Positions 10,018 through 19,935 of a stretch of DNA of 64,000 nucleotides are shown here, piece after piece. Within the stretch, counting starts at the first letter, position 1; every line of letters starts with the position of its first letter. The DNA comes from Sphingobacteriales bacterium (GTDB taxonomy: Bacteria > Bacteroidota > Bacteroidia > Chitinophagales > JADIYW01), in the NCBI GenBank assembly GCA_016699615.1, contig CP064984.1, positions 1,806,185-1,870,184 on the forward strand. The letters run 5' to 3'. Below the pieces are notes generated by a model that worked only from the letters and a program-made list of their open reading frames with translations, ran no database searches and had not been told where the DNA came from. The position numbers and the translations under genes are program-made.

Positions 10018-10698
10018 ATGTCTACGCAAAAAAGTCATAAAGAACCTACAGAACAAATCAATGATTTTTTGGATAATCTAAATCATTACTTTGAGCAATA
10101 TAAACATATAATATTAGGAAGTTCAGCTGCAATTGTTATACTATTTGCTGGTGCTTTTATCTATAAAAATTATATTAAAGGACCAAAAGAAGAAAAAGCA
10201 AAAGATGCTATCTATATGGCACAATACTTATTTGCACAAGATTCTTTTGCATTAGCACTAAAAGGTTCTGGCAATGTAAAAGGTTTTGAAAGCATAGTAA
10301 AAGATTTTGGTGGCACAGCTGCAGGAAATTCAGCAAGATTTTATGCAGGCGTTTGTAATTTAAATTTAGGAAAATTTGCAGAAGCTGAGAAATATCTTGA
10401 AGATTTTAAAACAGATGATCCAATATTAAGCGCAAGAAAATATGGTTGCTTAGGTGATGCTTATGCAGAGCAAAAACAAATGGAAAAAGCAATTGACAAT
10501 TATAAAAAAGCAATTGAAATTGATAATGAATTAACAGCACCTACATATATGTATCGTGCAGCATTAGCATTAGATATTACAGGAAAAAAAGACGAAGCAC
10601 TTGCTTTGTACCAAAAATTGAATAAAGATTATCCAAATTCTCAAGAAGGACAAGCAGCTGAATTAGCTATTGGAAAATTAGAGCAAGAAGTAAAATAA
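10018..10698 (+). CDS. TPR-repeat membrane-anchored protein (YfgM-like)
   Basis: It has one N-terminal TM helix followed by TPR-like repeats (LGDAYAEQKQMEKAIDNYKKAIEI). Confidence 0.6.
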   Translation: MSTQKSHKEPTEQINDFLDNLNHYFEQYKHIILGSSAAIVILFAGAFIYKNYIKGPKEEKAKDAIYMAQYLFAQDSFALALKGSGNVKGFESIVKDFGGTAAGNSARFYAGVCNLNLGKFAEAEKYLEDFKTDDPILSARKYGCLGDAYAEQKQMEKAIDNYKKAIEIDNELTAPTYMYRAALALDITGKKDEALALYQKLNKDYPNSQEGQAAELAIGKLEQEVK

Positions 10699-10726
10699 TC
10701 TTAATAGTAGTATTAAATAGTGTTTA

Positions 10727-11197
10727 ATGGCATCAGCATTACAAAATTTATCCAACTATGATGTAGAAAAAGTTCCTTCAGGAAAAGGAAAAAAAGTTGG
10801 CATTGCTGTGTCTGAGTGGAACAAACAAATTACTTTCAGCTTATTAAAAGCATGTGTAGAAACTTTATTGGAATTTGAAGTTGATATACAAGATATTGAT
10901 ATTCGTTTTGTGCCTGGAACATTTGAGTTGCCTTATGCAGCAAAACAGTTGGCAACAAAAGGACAAGATGCTGTAATATGTATAGGTTGCGTTATCAAAG
11001 GAGAAACTGACCATGATGTATATATTAATAGCTCAGTAGCACATGCACTACAACAATTAAATTTGCAATATAATATGCCATTTATTTTTGGCGTACTTAC
11101 ACCAAATACAGAAGTTCAAGCATTAGACAGAGCTGGTGGCAAACATGGAAATAAAGGAACAGAAGCTGCCATCACAGCATTAAAAATGATGAATTAA
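10727..11197 (+). CDS. ribH: 6,7-dimethyl-8-ribityllumazine synthase
   Basis: Size is 156 aa. Motifs VPGTFELP and NKGTEAA are typical of RibH. Confidence 0.85.
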   Translation: MASALQNLSNYDVEKVPSGKGKKVGIAVSEWNKQITFSLLKACVETLLEFEVDIQDIDIRFVPGTFELPYAAKQLATKGQDAVICIGCVIKGETDHDVYINSSVAHALQQLNLQYNMPFIFGVLTPNTEVQALDRAGGKHGNKGTEAAITALKMMN

Positions 11198-11211
11198 AAT
11201 AGGTTTCTTAA

Positions 11212-12564
11212 GGTAGTATTTCACGAACTGTGTAAGTTGAAAATTTATTCTAAAAATTTTGACCACCTCAAAATGGTCATAATATTTTTAGAAATAATAT
11301 TTTCAAACCAATAAATTTACATAGTTATGATTGACAAAGAAAAATTATTAAACGACAAGGAATTTTACAAATCCTTTAAGAATGGAACAGAACTAAGTTC
11401 ATTCTTTAAAACAATGCACAAACGAGCTGTAGAACATATGCTCGAAGCAGAATTAGATGAGCATTTGGATAATGAGAAACATCAAACAAGCACATCTGGA
11501 AATTACCGCAACGGTCATGGAACAAAGAAGATAAAAACTTCTTTTGGAGAAGATATTATCAAAGTTCCTAGAGATAGAGAAGGTAGCTTTGATCCAATTC
11601 TAGTACCCAAACGGCATAATATCATTGATGGATTAGAAAATATAATTATCTCTTTTTATGCCAAAGGAATGAGTGTTAGTGATATTGAAGAACAAATTAA
11701 GGAAATGTATGATTTTGACATTTCAACATCTACCATATCACGTATAACCAATGCTATATCGTCAGAAGTAGTGAATTGGCAAAACCGACCATTGGATAGT
11801 TTATATCTTATTGTTTGGATGGATGGTATTGTATTTAAAGTCAGAGAGAACTCCAAAGTAATCAATAAAACCATCTATTTAGCAGTAGGATTGAACCGAG
11901 AAGGTAAGAAAGAAGTGCTTGGTATGTGGCTGGGTAAGAGTGAGAGTAGTAGCTTTTGGATGAGTGTATTGACAGACCTAAAAGCTCGTGGTGTAGATGA
12001 TATCTTAATTACAGCCACAGATAATCTTAATGGATTTACGCAAACTATACGCAGTGTTTTCCCACAGTCACAAACCCAAATATGTGTGGTGCATCAGATT
12101 AGAAATGCTTGTAAATATGTTGTTTGGAAAGATAGAAAGGAGTTTACTGCCGATATGAAGCATATTTATACAGCACCCAATAAACAAGCTGCACAGCAAG
12201 CACTAAATGATTTTGCCCAGAAATGGGAAAGTAAATATGCCTATGCTATCAAATCATGGAAAGATAACTGGGATGAATTAACTGTATTTTTTGATTTTCC
12301 TTTAGAAATCCGTAAAATCATTTATACCACGAATTTAATTGAAAACCTGAATGGGAAAATCAGAAAATATACCAATAATAAGATGTCCTTTCCAACAGAT
12401 GATGCAGTATTAAAATCTGTATTTTTAGCCCTAAGAGAAGCAACGAAAAAGTGGTCAATGCCAATTCAAAACTGGGGACTTATTTTAAACCAATTTATCA
12501 TTATATTTGAACACAGAATTAAAATCTAAACTCTTTCAATTTACACACTTTGTGAGATAGTGTC
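11212..12564 (+). mobile_element. IS256-family insertion sequence, apparently intact (1353 bp)
   Basis: It has imperfect terminal inverted repeats, GGTAGTATTTCACGAACTGTGTAAGTTGAAAA versus the reverse complement of the right end GACACTATCTCACAAAGTGTGTAAATTGAAAG (24/32 matches). It is flanked by the 8-bp direct repeat TTTCTTAA at 11204-11211 and 12565-12572. It contains a single 400-aa transposase ORF. Confidence 0.8.
11327..12529 (+). CDS. IS256-family (mutator-type) transposase
   Basis: Size is 400 aa. The N-terminus (..LDEHL..RNGHG.K..) and the segments [10 protein letters not shown] and [14 protein letters not shown] are typical of IS256 transposases. Confidence 0.85.
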   Translation: MIDKEKLLNDKEFYKSFKNGTELSSFFKTMHKRAVEHMLEAELDEHLDNEKHQTSTSGNYRNGHGTKKIKTSFGEDIIKVPRDREGSFDPILVPKRHNIIDGLENIIISFYAKGMSVSDIEEQIKEMYDFDISTSTISRITNAISSEVVNWQNRPLDSLYLIVWMDGIVFKVRENSKVINKTIYLAVGLNREGKKEVLGMWLGKSESSSFWMSVLTDLKARGVDDILITATDNLNGFTQTIRSVFPQSQTQICVVHQIRNACKYVVWKDRKEFTADMKHIYTAPNKQAAQQALNDFAQKWESKYAYAIKSWKDNWDELTVFFDFPLEIRKIIYTTNLIENLNGKIRKYTNNKMSFPTDDAVLKSVFLALREATKKWSMPIQNWGLILNQFIIIFEHRIKI

Positions 12565-12642
12565 TTTCTTAATTCATAAAAAATAGTGCTTATACACTTA
12601 ATCTCAAATAGACTAAGTGTATAAGGCTTAAATAAATAATAA

Positions 12643-14115
12643 TTAGTATCCAAAAGCATAATATTGAATGCCATTGCTGTTTTCGTATCTACCTTGCAAT
12701 AACACACCACCACCTTTGCTTTCTTTTATAATTTGTTCAAAATCATCTTTGCTCTTAATGTATTTATTGTTGATAGCAAACACAATAAAACCTTCCTTCA
12801 AATTAGTATTTTGTTTTACAATACCATCAGTAACTTTATTAATTATGACACCACCACCAATGCCTAACTTCTTAGCTTGCAATGAAGTTAATTCAGTTAT
12901 TTCAATACCTAAGTCATTCAAAATATTTCCACTAGATTTCTCTACATCACTTTTTGACAATAATGATGTTTTATTGTCTTTAGATTTTAATACAACATCT
13001 TTTTGTAATGTTTCACCTTTTCTTATAAAATCTACAACAATTTTGTCTCCAGGTCTATATCTTGCTACATGTTCAGTAAGGTCTGCAGTGTTTTTAATTT
13101 CTAAATTCTCAATTTTAGTAATTACATCACCACTCTTCAATCCAGCATCTTCTGCGGCACTTCCTTTTACAATATCTGTGATGTACGCACCTTTAATTTG
13201 TTTTAAATTCAAATCTTTTGCTAGTTCATCATCTACTTCTCTAATATTTACACCCAAAAATCCACGCTGAACAATGCCAAAATCTAAGATATCTTTAACT
13301 ACTTTTTTTGCAAGATTTGATGGAATTGCAAAAGAATATCCAGCATAACTTCCAGTTGGCGTAGCAATGGCTGAATTAATTCCTATTAAATTTCCACTCA
13401 AATCAACTAATGCACCACCGCTATTTCCTGGATTTACAGCAGCATCAGTTTGAATAAAAGATTCTATGGCTAAATTGCCAGCTTTTTCTCTTAAAATATT
13501 GATGTTACGTGCCTTTGCGCTCACAATACCTGCTGTAACTGTTGATGCTAAATTGAATGGATTACCAACAGCTAATACCCATTGTCCAACTTCAACATTA
13601 TCTGAGTTTGCAAAAGATAGAAAACTTAAATTGTTTGCTTCAATTTTTATCACTGCCAAATCTGTAGATGGGTCAGTACCAATTAGCCTCGCAGTAAATG
13701 TTCTGTTGTCATCTAAGTTTACAGTTATCTTATCAGCATTCTCAATTACGTGATTGTTGGTTACAATATATCCATCGTTTGAGATAATTACACCAGAGCC
13801 AGCGCCTTGTTGTAATTGGTCAGGCATTTGTCCTTGGTCAAATGGCATTCCAAAAAATTGCCAAAATGGATCCATTTGTTGTTGGTTCTTTCTACTAACC
13901 TTCACTTCTGTGTTGATGTGAACTACCGCAGGCGTACTTATTTTTGCTGCCTGTACAAAAGCATCTTGTGGGCCATTAATACTAGCAAATTTAAAATTAC
14001 CGTTTTGGTTGTTTTCTCTGATTATAGTTGTCTTTCCAAGAAACTTGTTGTTAATAGCTAATGTCAATATAGAAACTATTAATGCGATTAAAAAAAATGG
14101 GATATACTTTTTCAT
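12643..14115 (-). CDS. htrA: HtrA/DegP/DegQ-family periplasmic serine protease with two PDZ domains
   Basis: It has a signal anchor, a catalytic GNSGGAL motif, TNNHV and TDLAVIK motifs, and C-terminal PDZ-like repeats. Confidence 0.85.
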   Translation of the reverse strand: MKKYIPFFLIALIVSILTLAINNKFLGKTTIIRENNQNGNFKFASINGPQDAFVQAAKISTPAVVHINTEVKVSRKNQQQMDPFWQFFGMPFDQGQMPDQLQQGAGSGVIISNDGYIVTNNHVIENADKITVNLDDNRTFTARLIGTDPSTDLAVIKIEANNLSFLSFANSDNVEVGQWVLAVGNPFNLASTVTAGIVSAKARNINILREKAGNLAIESFIQTDAAVNPGNSGGALVDLSGNLIGINSAIATPTGSYAGYSFAIPSNLAKKVVKDILDFGIVQRGFLGVNIREVDDELAKDLNLKQIKGAYITDIVKGSAAEDAGLKSGDVITKIENLEIKNTADLTEHVARYRPGDKIVVDFIRKGETLQKDVVLKSKDNKTSLLSKSDVEKSSGNILNDLGIEITELTSLQAKKLGIGGGVIINKVTDGIVKQNTNLKEGFIVFAINNKYIKSKDDFEQIIKESKGGGVLLQGRYENSNGIQYYAFGY

Positions 14116-14263
14116 ATCAAAAATTTACTTTGTTATATAATAGAATACAAAATAAATATAGTTAAGTTCTATATAGATATTAAAAAGTGTAAAATGCGGG
14201 TTAAAAAAAGTTAATCGGCTAGTTGTATAATTTTAATTATTTTTTTTAGTTACTTTTGATTCA

Positions 14264-15043
14264 ATGTATTTTAAATTTTATAAATATCAAGGTACTGGAA
14301 ACGACTTTGTATTAATTGATAATAGGAATAAGCTTTTTCCAAAAGATGATGTGAAGCTAGTTGCACAACTATGCGATAGAAAATTTGGAATAGGCGCAGA
14401 TGGATTGATGTTGCTTGAGCATGCTGATGATTACGCATTCCGAATGGTGTATTATAATGCAGATGGCAAAGAAGGTAGTATGTGTGGCAATGGTGGAAGA
14501 TGTATTGCAAAATTTTCTTTAGATATTGGTGTAGTGCAAGAGCAAAATGCCAAATTTATTGCTATTGATGGCGAACACGATTTTGAATATAAAAACAATC
14601 TAATAAAACTTAAAATGATTGATGTTCAAAAGATAGATAGTTATAATGGTGATTTTGTATTAAATACTGGTTCGCCACATTATGTAAAATTTGTAAATAC
14701 AGTAGAGTTGGATGATTTTGTAGATGTAGCAAAAGCTATTAGATACAATAATGATTTTAAAGAAAAAGGAATCAATGTCAATTTTATTTCTGATGATGGC
14801 AATACTATAAAAATTAGAACTTATGAAAGAGGCGTAGAAGACGAAACACTATCCTGTGGAACAGGAAATGTGGCTGCAGCTTTGTGTATTGCACAACAAA
14901 AAAATATCAATGCAGGCTCCGTTGCTTTAGAAACAAGAGGTGGAACTTTAAATGTTTATTTTTCAAAGATAGATAATCAGTACACAGATATCTGGTTGGA
15001 AGGAAAGGCAACAAAAGTATTTGAAGGAGAAATAGAAATATAA
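14264..15043 (+). CDS. dapF: Diaminopimelate epimerase
   Basis: The N-terminus is YQGTGNDFVLID. Both catalytic cysteine contexts are present (SMCGNGGRC and LSCGTG). Confidence 0.85.
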   Translation: MYFKFYKYQGTGNDFVLIDNRNKLFPKDDVKLVAQLCDRKFGIGADGLMLLEHADDYAFRMVYYNADGKEGSMCGNGGRCIAKFSLDIGVVQEQNAKFIAIDGEHDFEYKNNLIKLKMIDVQKIDSYNGDFVLNTGSPHYVKFVNTVELDDFVDVAKAIRYNNDFKEKGINVNFISDDGNTIKIRTYERGVEDETLSCGTGNVAAALCIAQQKNINAGSVALETRGGTLNVYFSKIDNQYTDIWLEGKATKVFEGEIEI

Positions 15044-15046
15044 TTC

Positions 15047-15994
15047 ATGTTTGAATATTATAACATTACTACCAATACAGTAGAAGTAGTGGCAAGCTTA
15101 GAGCAATCAAATTGGGTAAACTTAGTTGCACCATTCAATTTTGAAATTTTAGAGCAATTTGCTATAGAACAGAAAATTCCATTTTCATTCTTTACAGATT
15201 GTATTGATATGTATGAGAAATCTAGATATGAAGAAGATGAAAGCTGTAAATTAATCATCATTAATACACCAATAGAGAACAATGATATAGACATGGAAGA
15301 TGAAGCAGAATATGTAACATTGCCAGTTGGTATTATAAAAAAAGATGATTTAATAATTACAATTTGTGCCGTAAAAAATCCAATGCTCAATTTGTGCACC
15401 ACACAAAGTTCAGTATTGGTAAAAGACAATATTTTAGATAATTTAATTCTCAATTTGTTTGATAGAAATGTGTATTACTATTTATTCTACCTAAGAGAAA
15501 TTAATAAAAAAATATCTGCCATAGAAAAAGATTTAAAATTTTCAAGTAGCAATATTGGTTTGAATAAACTACTTAAAATTCAAAAGGCTCTTATCTATTT
15601 TGTAAATGACTTAAGAGCAAATGAGTTGGTTCTTGTTAAGTTGCGTCGAAATAATTTCTTTCATTTGGATAATTCTAAAATAAAATATGAAGTGCAAGAT
15701 ATTATGGTTGAATACAGCCAAGCCATAGAAATGTCAAATGTGTATTCTAATATTTTAGGAAATATGATGAGTGCGTTCGGTTCAATAATTTCTAATAACT
15801 TGGGCAATGTAGTCAATAGGCTAACAAGTGTTACCATCATACTAATGGTACCAACATTAATAGCTGGAATCTATGGTATGAATATTCCATTGCCATTTCA
15901 AGAACGTCCACATTCGTTTACGATTATAATGCTATTGACGATAGCAATTACATTAGCTTTCATTCTCGTATTCAGACGAAAAAAATGGTTGTAA
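15047..15994 (+). CDS. CorA-like magnesium/cobalt transporter
   Basis: A GMN motif (GIYGMNI) is followed by the final TM helix. Size is 315 aa. Confidence 0.75.
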   Translation: MFEYYNITTNTVEVVASLEQSNWVNLVAPFNFEILEQFAIEQKIPFSFFTDCIDMYEKSRYEEDESCKLIIINTPIENNDIDMEDEAEYVTLPVGIIKKDDLIITICAVKNPMLNLCTTQSSVLVKDNILDNLILNLFDRNVYYYLFYLREINKKISAIEKDLKFSSSNIGLNKLLKIQKALIYFVNDLRANELVLVKLRRNNFFHLDNSKIKYEVQDIMVEYSQAIEMSNVYSNILGNMMSAFGSIISNNLGNVVNRLTSVTIILMVPTLIAGIYGMNIPLPFQERPHSFTIIMLLTIAITLAFILVFRRKKWL

Positions 15995-16053
15995 ATTTCT
16001 TTATAGCATTCTAGAATATTAAAGATTATTTATCATAATATATTATATAAGAA

Positions 16054-17129
16054 TTAAGGTAAATACAATGCACCACCAATTACATTTTTAGATGCGCCTG
16101 TTACACTACTCAAACAATTAGGAATTTCTAAAACTCTCAATAATCCAAAAAATGCAATAGCTAATGCTTCTTTGTATTGAATTGTTTTGTGGTCAGTATC
16201 AATAATTGTACACTTAGAATAGTGCTTGATTCTAATTGCCAAAAATGAATTAAATGCACCACCACCAGTTATCAATAATTGCTGTTCTTCTGTTGTGTGC
16301 TTTTTTATTTCAGTAGCAATTTGCATAGCAATATGTTCTACGCAAGTTGCCATTTTATCTTCAACAGATATATTATATTCTTCAGTTTTATTTATCCAAA
16401 ACTCAATTACATGTTCAGTGCCTAATGATTTTGGAGCATTTTGTTTACAGAACTCTATATTATTTAGCTCATCCAAAAGCGCTTGATGAACTTGTCCTTT
16501 ACTTGCTATGTTGCCATTATCATCATAAGCAAATCCTTTTTTTGCAGCAAGATAATTGAGTAATGTATTTCCTGCACATATATCATAGGCTATTATTTGC
16601 TCAGATATTGTATCATGAAATGAGATATTGCAAATGCCACCAATGTTTAAAAAGATATTTACATTAGGGAAAAGATATTTCTCTGCAATAGGCACAATAG
16701 GCGCACCTTGTCCACCTTGAGCAACATCAGCAGTACGCAAATCTGATATTGTAGTAATGCCACTAAGCTGTGCAATTGTAGCACCACAACCTATTTGAGT
16801 TGTAAATCGTTTTTTAGGTTGATGAAAAATAGTTTGACCATGTGAGCAAATAAAATCAATATTACTTATTTTATTTGTTTCAATAAATGCTACAACTTCT
16901 TTAGCAAAATAACGACCTAATGATGCTGCAAGCGTGCCAAATCAATAGCAGAAAGTTGTGTAGCTTCTTTTTAGTTCAGTCCGAAAATTAGCATCATATT
17001 CTATCATGTAGAATGTAGAATATGATATTGGAAACTTTTTTCTGTTTTAATGAATTGCACACAGCAAATATCTAAACCATCTAAAGAACTACCACTCATT
17101 AAGCCTATTGCTGTATAAGTGTGTTGCAT
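16054..17129 (-). pseudogene. anmK: Anhydro-N-acetylmuramic acid kinase (AnmK), disrupted by at least three frame changes
   Basis: The N-terminus MQHTYTAIGLMSGSSLDGLDI starts at 17129. The conserved C-terminal part (..CSHGQTIFHQP..TTQIG..DLRTADVAQGGQGAPIVP..) lies in ORF 16054..16740. Hand translation of 16741-17010 needs alternating frames (..ILHST / IEYDANFRTELK / KEATQLSAIDLARLQHH / LGRYFAKEVV..). Confidence 0.75.
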
Positions 17130-18545
17130 TATTTTTATTTTTTGATGATAAAGTTGTGTTGCAATAATGCTTGCAATTTTAAGCTCGTTGGTATTTATTT
17201 TCTTTGGATGATAATATTTCTCTACAAATTTAGTATCAAAATTTCCTGAAATAAAAGCTGGATGTTGCAACACAAATTTCCCAAAATCTAAAGTAGTTTT
17301 TACACCATCAATTATATAATTATCTATTGCTTTTATTGTTTTTTCTATTGCAGCATTTCTATCGGCTGCATGTACAACAAGCTTTGCAATCATTGGGTCA
17401 TAGTAGATAGGAATTTCCATGCCTTCATCAAAACCATCATCTACTCTTATACCATCGCCTTCTGGAATTTTATAAGCTGATAAAGTGCCAATGTCTGGCA
17501 AAAAATCATTTTTTGGATCTTCGGCGTACACACGAACTTCAATTGCATGTCCATTTATTGTCAAATCATCTTGAGCAAAACTCAGTGGTTTACCTTGTGC
17601 TATTAAAATTTGTTCTTTTACTAAGTCTTTTCCTGTAATCATTTCAGTTACTGGATGTTCTACTTGCAAGCGTGTATTCATTTCTAAGAAATAGAAATCT
17701 TGATTGTTGTTGGCAATAAACTCTACAGTGCCTGCTCCAGTTTAATTTACAGCTTTTGCCACATTTACAGCAGCTTCGCCCATTTTTTTTCTTACTTCTG
17801 CACTCAACAATGCTGATGGTGCTTCTTCAATTACTTTTTGATGTCTTCGTTGAACAGAGCATTCACGTTCAAACAAATACACAACATTTCCAAGGTTGTC
17901 ACCCAAAACTTGAATTTCTATATGTCTTGGTGAGTCTATAAATTTTTCTATAAATACAGAGCCATCACCAAACGCTGATATTGCTTCGGATACAGCCAAA
18001 TTCATTTGTTCTTCAAATTCAGATGCATGATTGACAATACGCATGCCTTTTCCGCCACCACCAGCACTTGCTTTAATGAGTATTGGGAATCCAATTTCAG
18101 TAGCAAGTTTTTTAGCTTTTTCTATATCTGTAATTGCTTCGTCTGTGCCAGGAACCAATGGCACATTGTATTTGCCTACTGCTTGTTTGGCAGCCAATTT
18201 ACTGCCCATTACTTCTATAGCTTCAGTAGTTGGGCCAATAAAAATAATTCCATTTTCGCTACAAGCTTTTGCAAAATTGGCATTTTCAGATAAAAAGCCA
18301 TAACCTGGATGCACAGCATCTACTTGTAGCTTTTTGCATACATCTATTATTTTTTCAATAGATAAATAAGATTGTTTCGATGCTGGTTCGCCAATACAAA
18401 CAGCTTCATCTGCAAAACGCACATGTGGTGATTTTCTGTCTGCTGTAGAATAAACAGCAACAGTGCTAATGCCCATTTTTTTGCATGTTCGCATTATTCT
18501 TAAGGCAATTTCTCCACGATTGGCAACTAATATTTTTTTCATCAT
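17130..18545 (-). pseudogene. accC: Biotin carboxylase (AccC-type) with an in-frame TAA and no stop before anmK
   Basis: ORF 17742..18545 ends ..AKAVN, followed by TAA at 17742-17744. The same frame continues TGAGTVEFIANNNQDFYFLEMNTRLQVEHPVTE. The stop sits where biotin carboxylases have a conserved Tyr. The reading frame then runs directly into the anmK start codon. Confidence 0.8.
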
Positions 18546-18587
18546 TGCTAATTTATAAAAATTATAGAATTATCTTTGTAGTCTTCA

Positions 18588-19244
18588 ATGAAATTAAGCA
18601 CAATTTATATTTTATTAAAAAAAGAAATGTTGTTTGAGTGGCGATTTAAATCATCAATTGGTAGCTTGATAGTGAACTTGTTAGCAACAACTTTTTTTAT
18701 TTATCTAATTTTCAATGGTGAAATTACTTTTAGAGTATGGATGGCAATTTTTTGGATTATAAGTTTGTTTTCTGTCATTCAATCCTCATATAGAATTTTT
18801 ATAAAAGATGGGAACGAACATTTTTATTATTTGAAAAATATAGCTTCAGCTAATGAGATTATTGTGTCTAAAATAGTGTACAACACAATATTTAATTTTA
18901 TTATATCAATTCTGACGCTAATTATCATGCAGTTGTTCTTTGGACAAGAAATTGGTTATATTGGCATTTTTATAAGTACTGTTCTTTTGGCTTCTTTTGG
19001 CTTTGCTAGTATTTTTACCTTGCTTTCTGGAATTACAGCAAAAACTCAGAATGTAGTATTGTTAGGTGTTTTAGGATTGCCTATTGTACTTCCGTTGGTG
19101 TTGGTAATTTCTAAACTCAGTATGTTGGCAGATTTTTATACAGCAATAAATGATATTTATATATTTTCTGGTGCTGCACTTTTATTAGATTGTTCAATAT
19201 TTATATTATCAATTATCTTATTTCCGTATCTTTGGAAAGAATAA
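18588..19244 (+). CDS. ccmB: Heme exporter protein B (CcmB)
   Basis: It is a 218-aa polytopic membrane protein directly upstream of ccmC. Confidence 0.6.
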   Translation: MKLSTIYILLKKEMLFEWRFKSSIGSLIVNLLATTFFIYLIFNGEITFRVWMAIFWIISLFSVIQSSYRIFIKDGNEHFYYLKNIASANEIIVSKIVYNTIFNFIISILTLIIMQLFFGQEIGYIGIFISTVLLASFGFASIFTLLSGITAKTQNVVLLGVLGLPIVLPLVLVISKLSMLADFYTAINDIYIFSGAALLLDCSIFILSIILFPYLWKE

Positions 19245-19255
19245 ATACTAAATAG

Positions 19256-19933
19256 ATGAAAAATTATTGGTGGAAATTGGTTTGTGTAATATTGCTAATG
19301 TATACTTTTTGTGCAGGTTTCTTTTTCAGTATTCCCAAGTTAAACATTCTAGAAGAATCTATTAGGAATTTATTTTTTCATGTGCCAATGTGGTTTGCCA
19401 TGATGTTTTTAATGTTTGCATCATTATTTTACAGTTTAAAATATCTAAATACATTTGATTCTGAATTTGACTTAAAAGCAAGTTCTTTTGCCACAGTTGG
19501 TTTTTTATTTGGCATATTAGGTATTACAACTGGCTCCGTTTGGGCAAAAGCAACTTGGGGCGCATGGTGGGTATTTTCTGAACCAAAATTGAATGGTTCT
19601 GCGGCTGCATTATTAATATATGCGGCATATTTTATTTTGAGAAGTTCCTTTGAAGATAAAGACAAATCTGCAAGATTTAGTGCTGTGTACAATATCTTTG
19701 CATTTGTGATGTTTATTGCATTTATTATGATAATTCCTAGAATTACAGATTCTTTACATCCGGGAAATGGCGGCAATCCAGGTTTTAATGCATATGATTT
19801 AGATAATAGATTGAGATTGGTTTTTTATCCAGCATGCATTGCATGGATTTTATTATCATATTGGATTTATACTTTAGTAATTCGAACTAAAAAAATACAA
19901 AATAGATTAGAAGATATAGATGTGCTTCAATAA
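19256..19933 (+). CDS. ccmC: Heme exporter protein C (CcmC)
   Basis: It is a polytopic membrane protein with the Trp-rich segment ATWGAWWVFSEPKLNGS and conserved histidines. Confidence 0.65.
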   Translation: MKNYWWKLVCVILLMYTFCAGFFFSIPKLNILEESIRNLFFHVPMWFAMMFLMFASLFYSLKYLNTFDSEFDLKASSFATVGFLFGILGITTGSVWAKATWGAWWVFSEPKLNGSAAALLIYAAYFILRSSFEDKDKSARFSAVYNIFAFVMFIAFIMIIPRITDSLHPGNGGNPGFNAYDLDNRLRLVFYPACIAWILLSYWIYTLVIRTKKIQNRLEDIDVLQ

Positions 19934-19935
19934 TT

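Noticed and set aside
12519-12713. 64-aa minus-strand ORF spanning the IS right end and the htrA 3-prime end
   Set aside because: It overlaps the IS256 terminal repeat and the end of htrA. It shows no motifs or plausible expression signals and is most likely spurious.
17004-17681. Possible genuine bifunctional AccC-AnmK fusion protein
   Set aside because: The ORF joins only the last ~180 aa of biotin carboxylase to the first ~40 aa of AnmK and then terminates. Both parent genes carry other lesions, so this is a by-product of gene disruption and not a designed fusion.
17742-17744. Stop-codon reassignment (TAA or TAG read as sense) to explain the in-frame stops in accC and the transposase
   Set aside because: Long intact genes in the same window (ileS, cas13b, dnaG, ribH) end cleanly at TAA or other standard stops and contain no internal stops. 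The standard code fits everywhere else.
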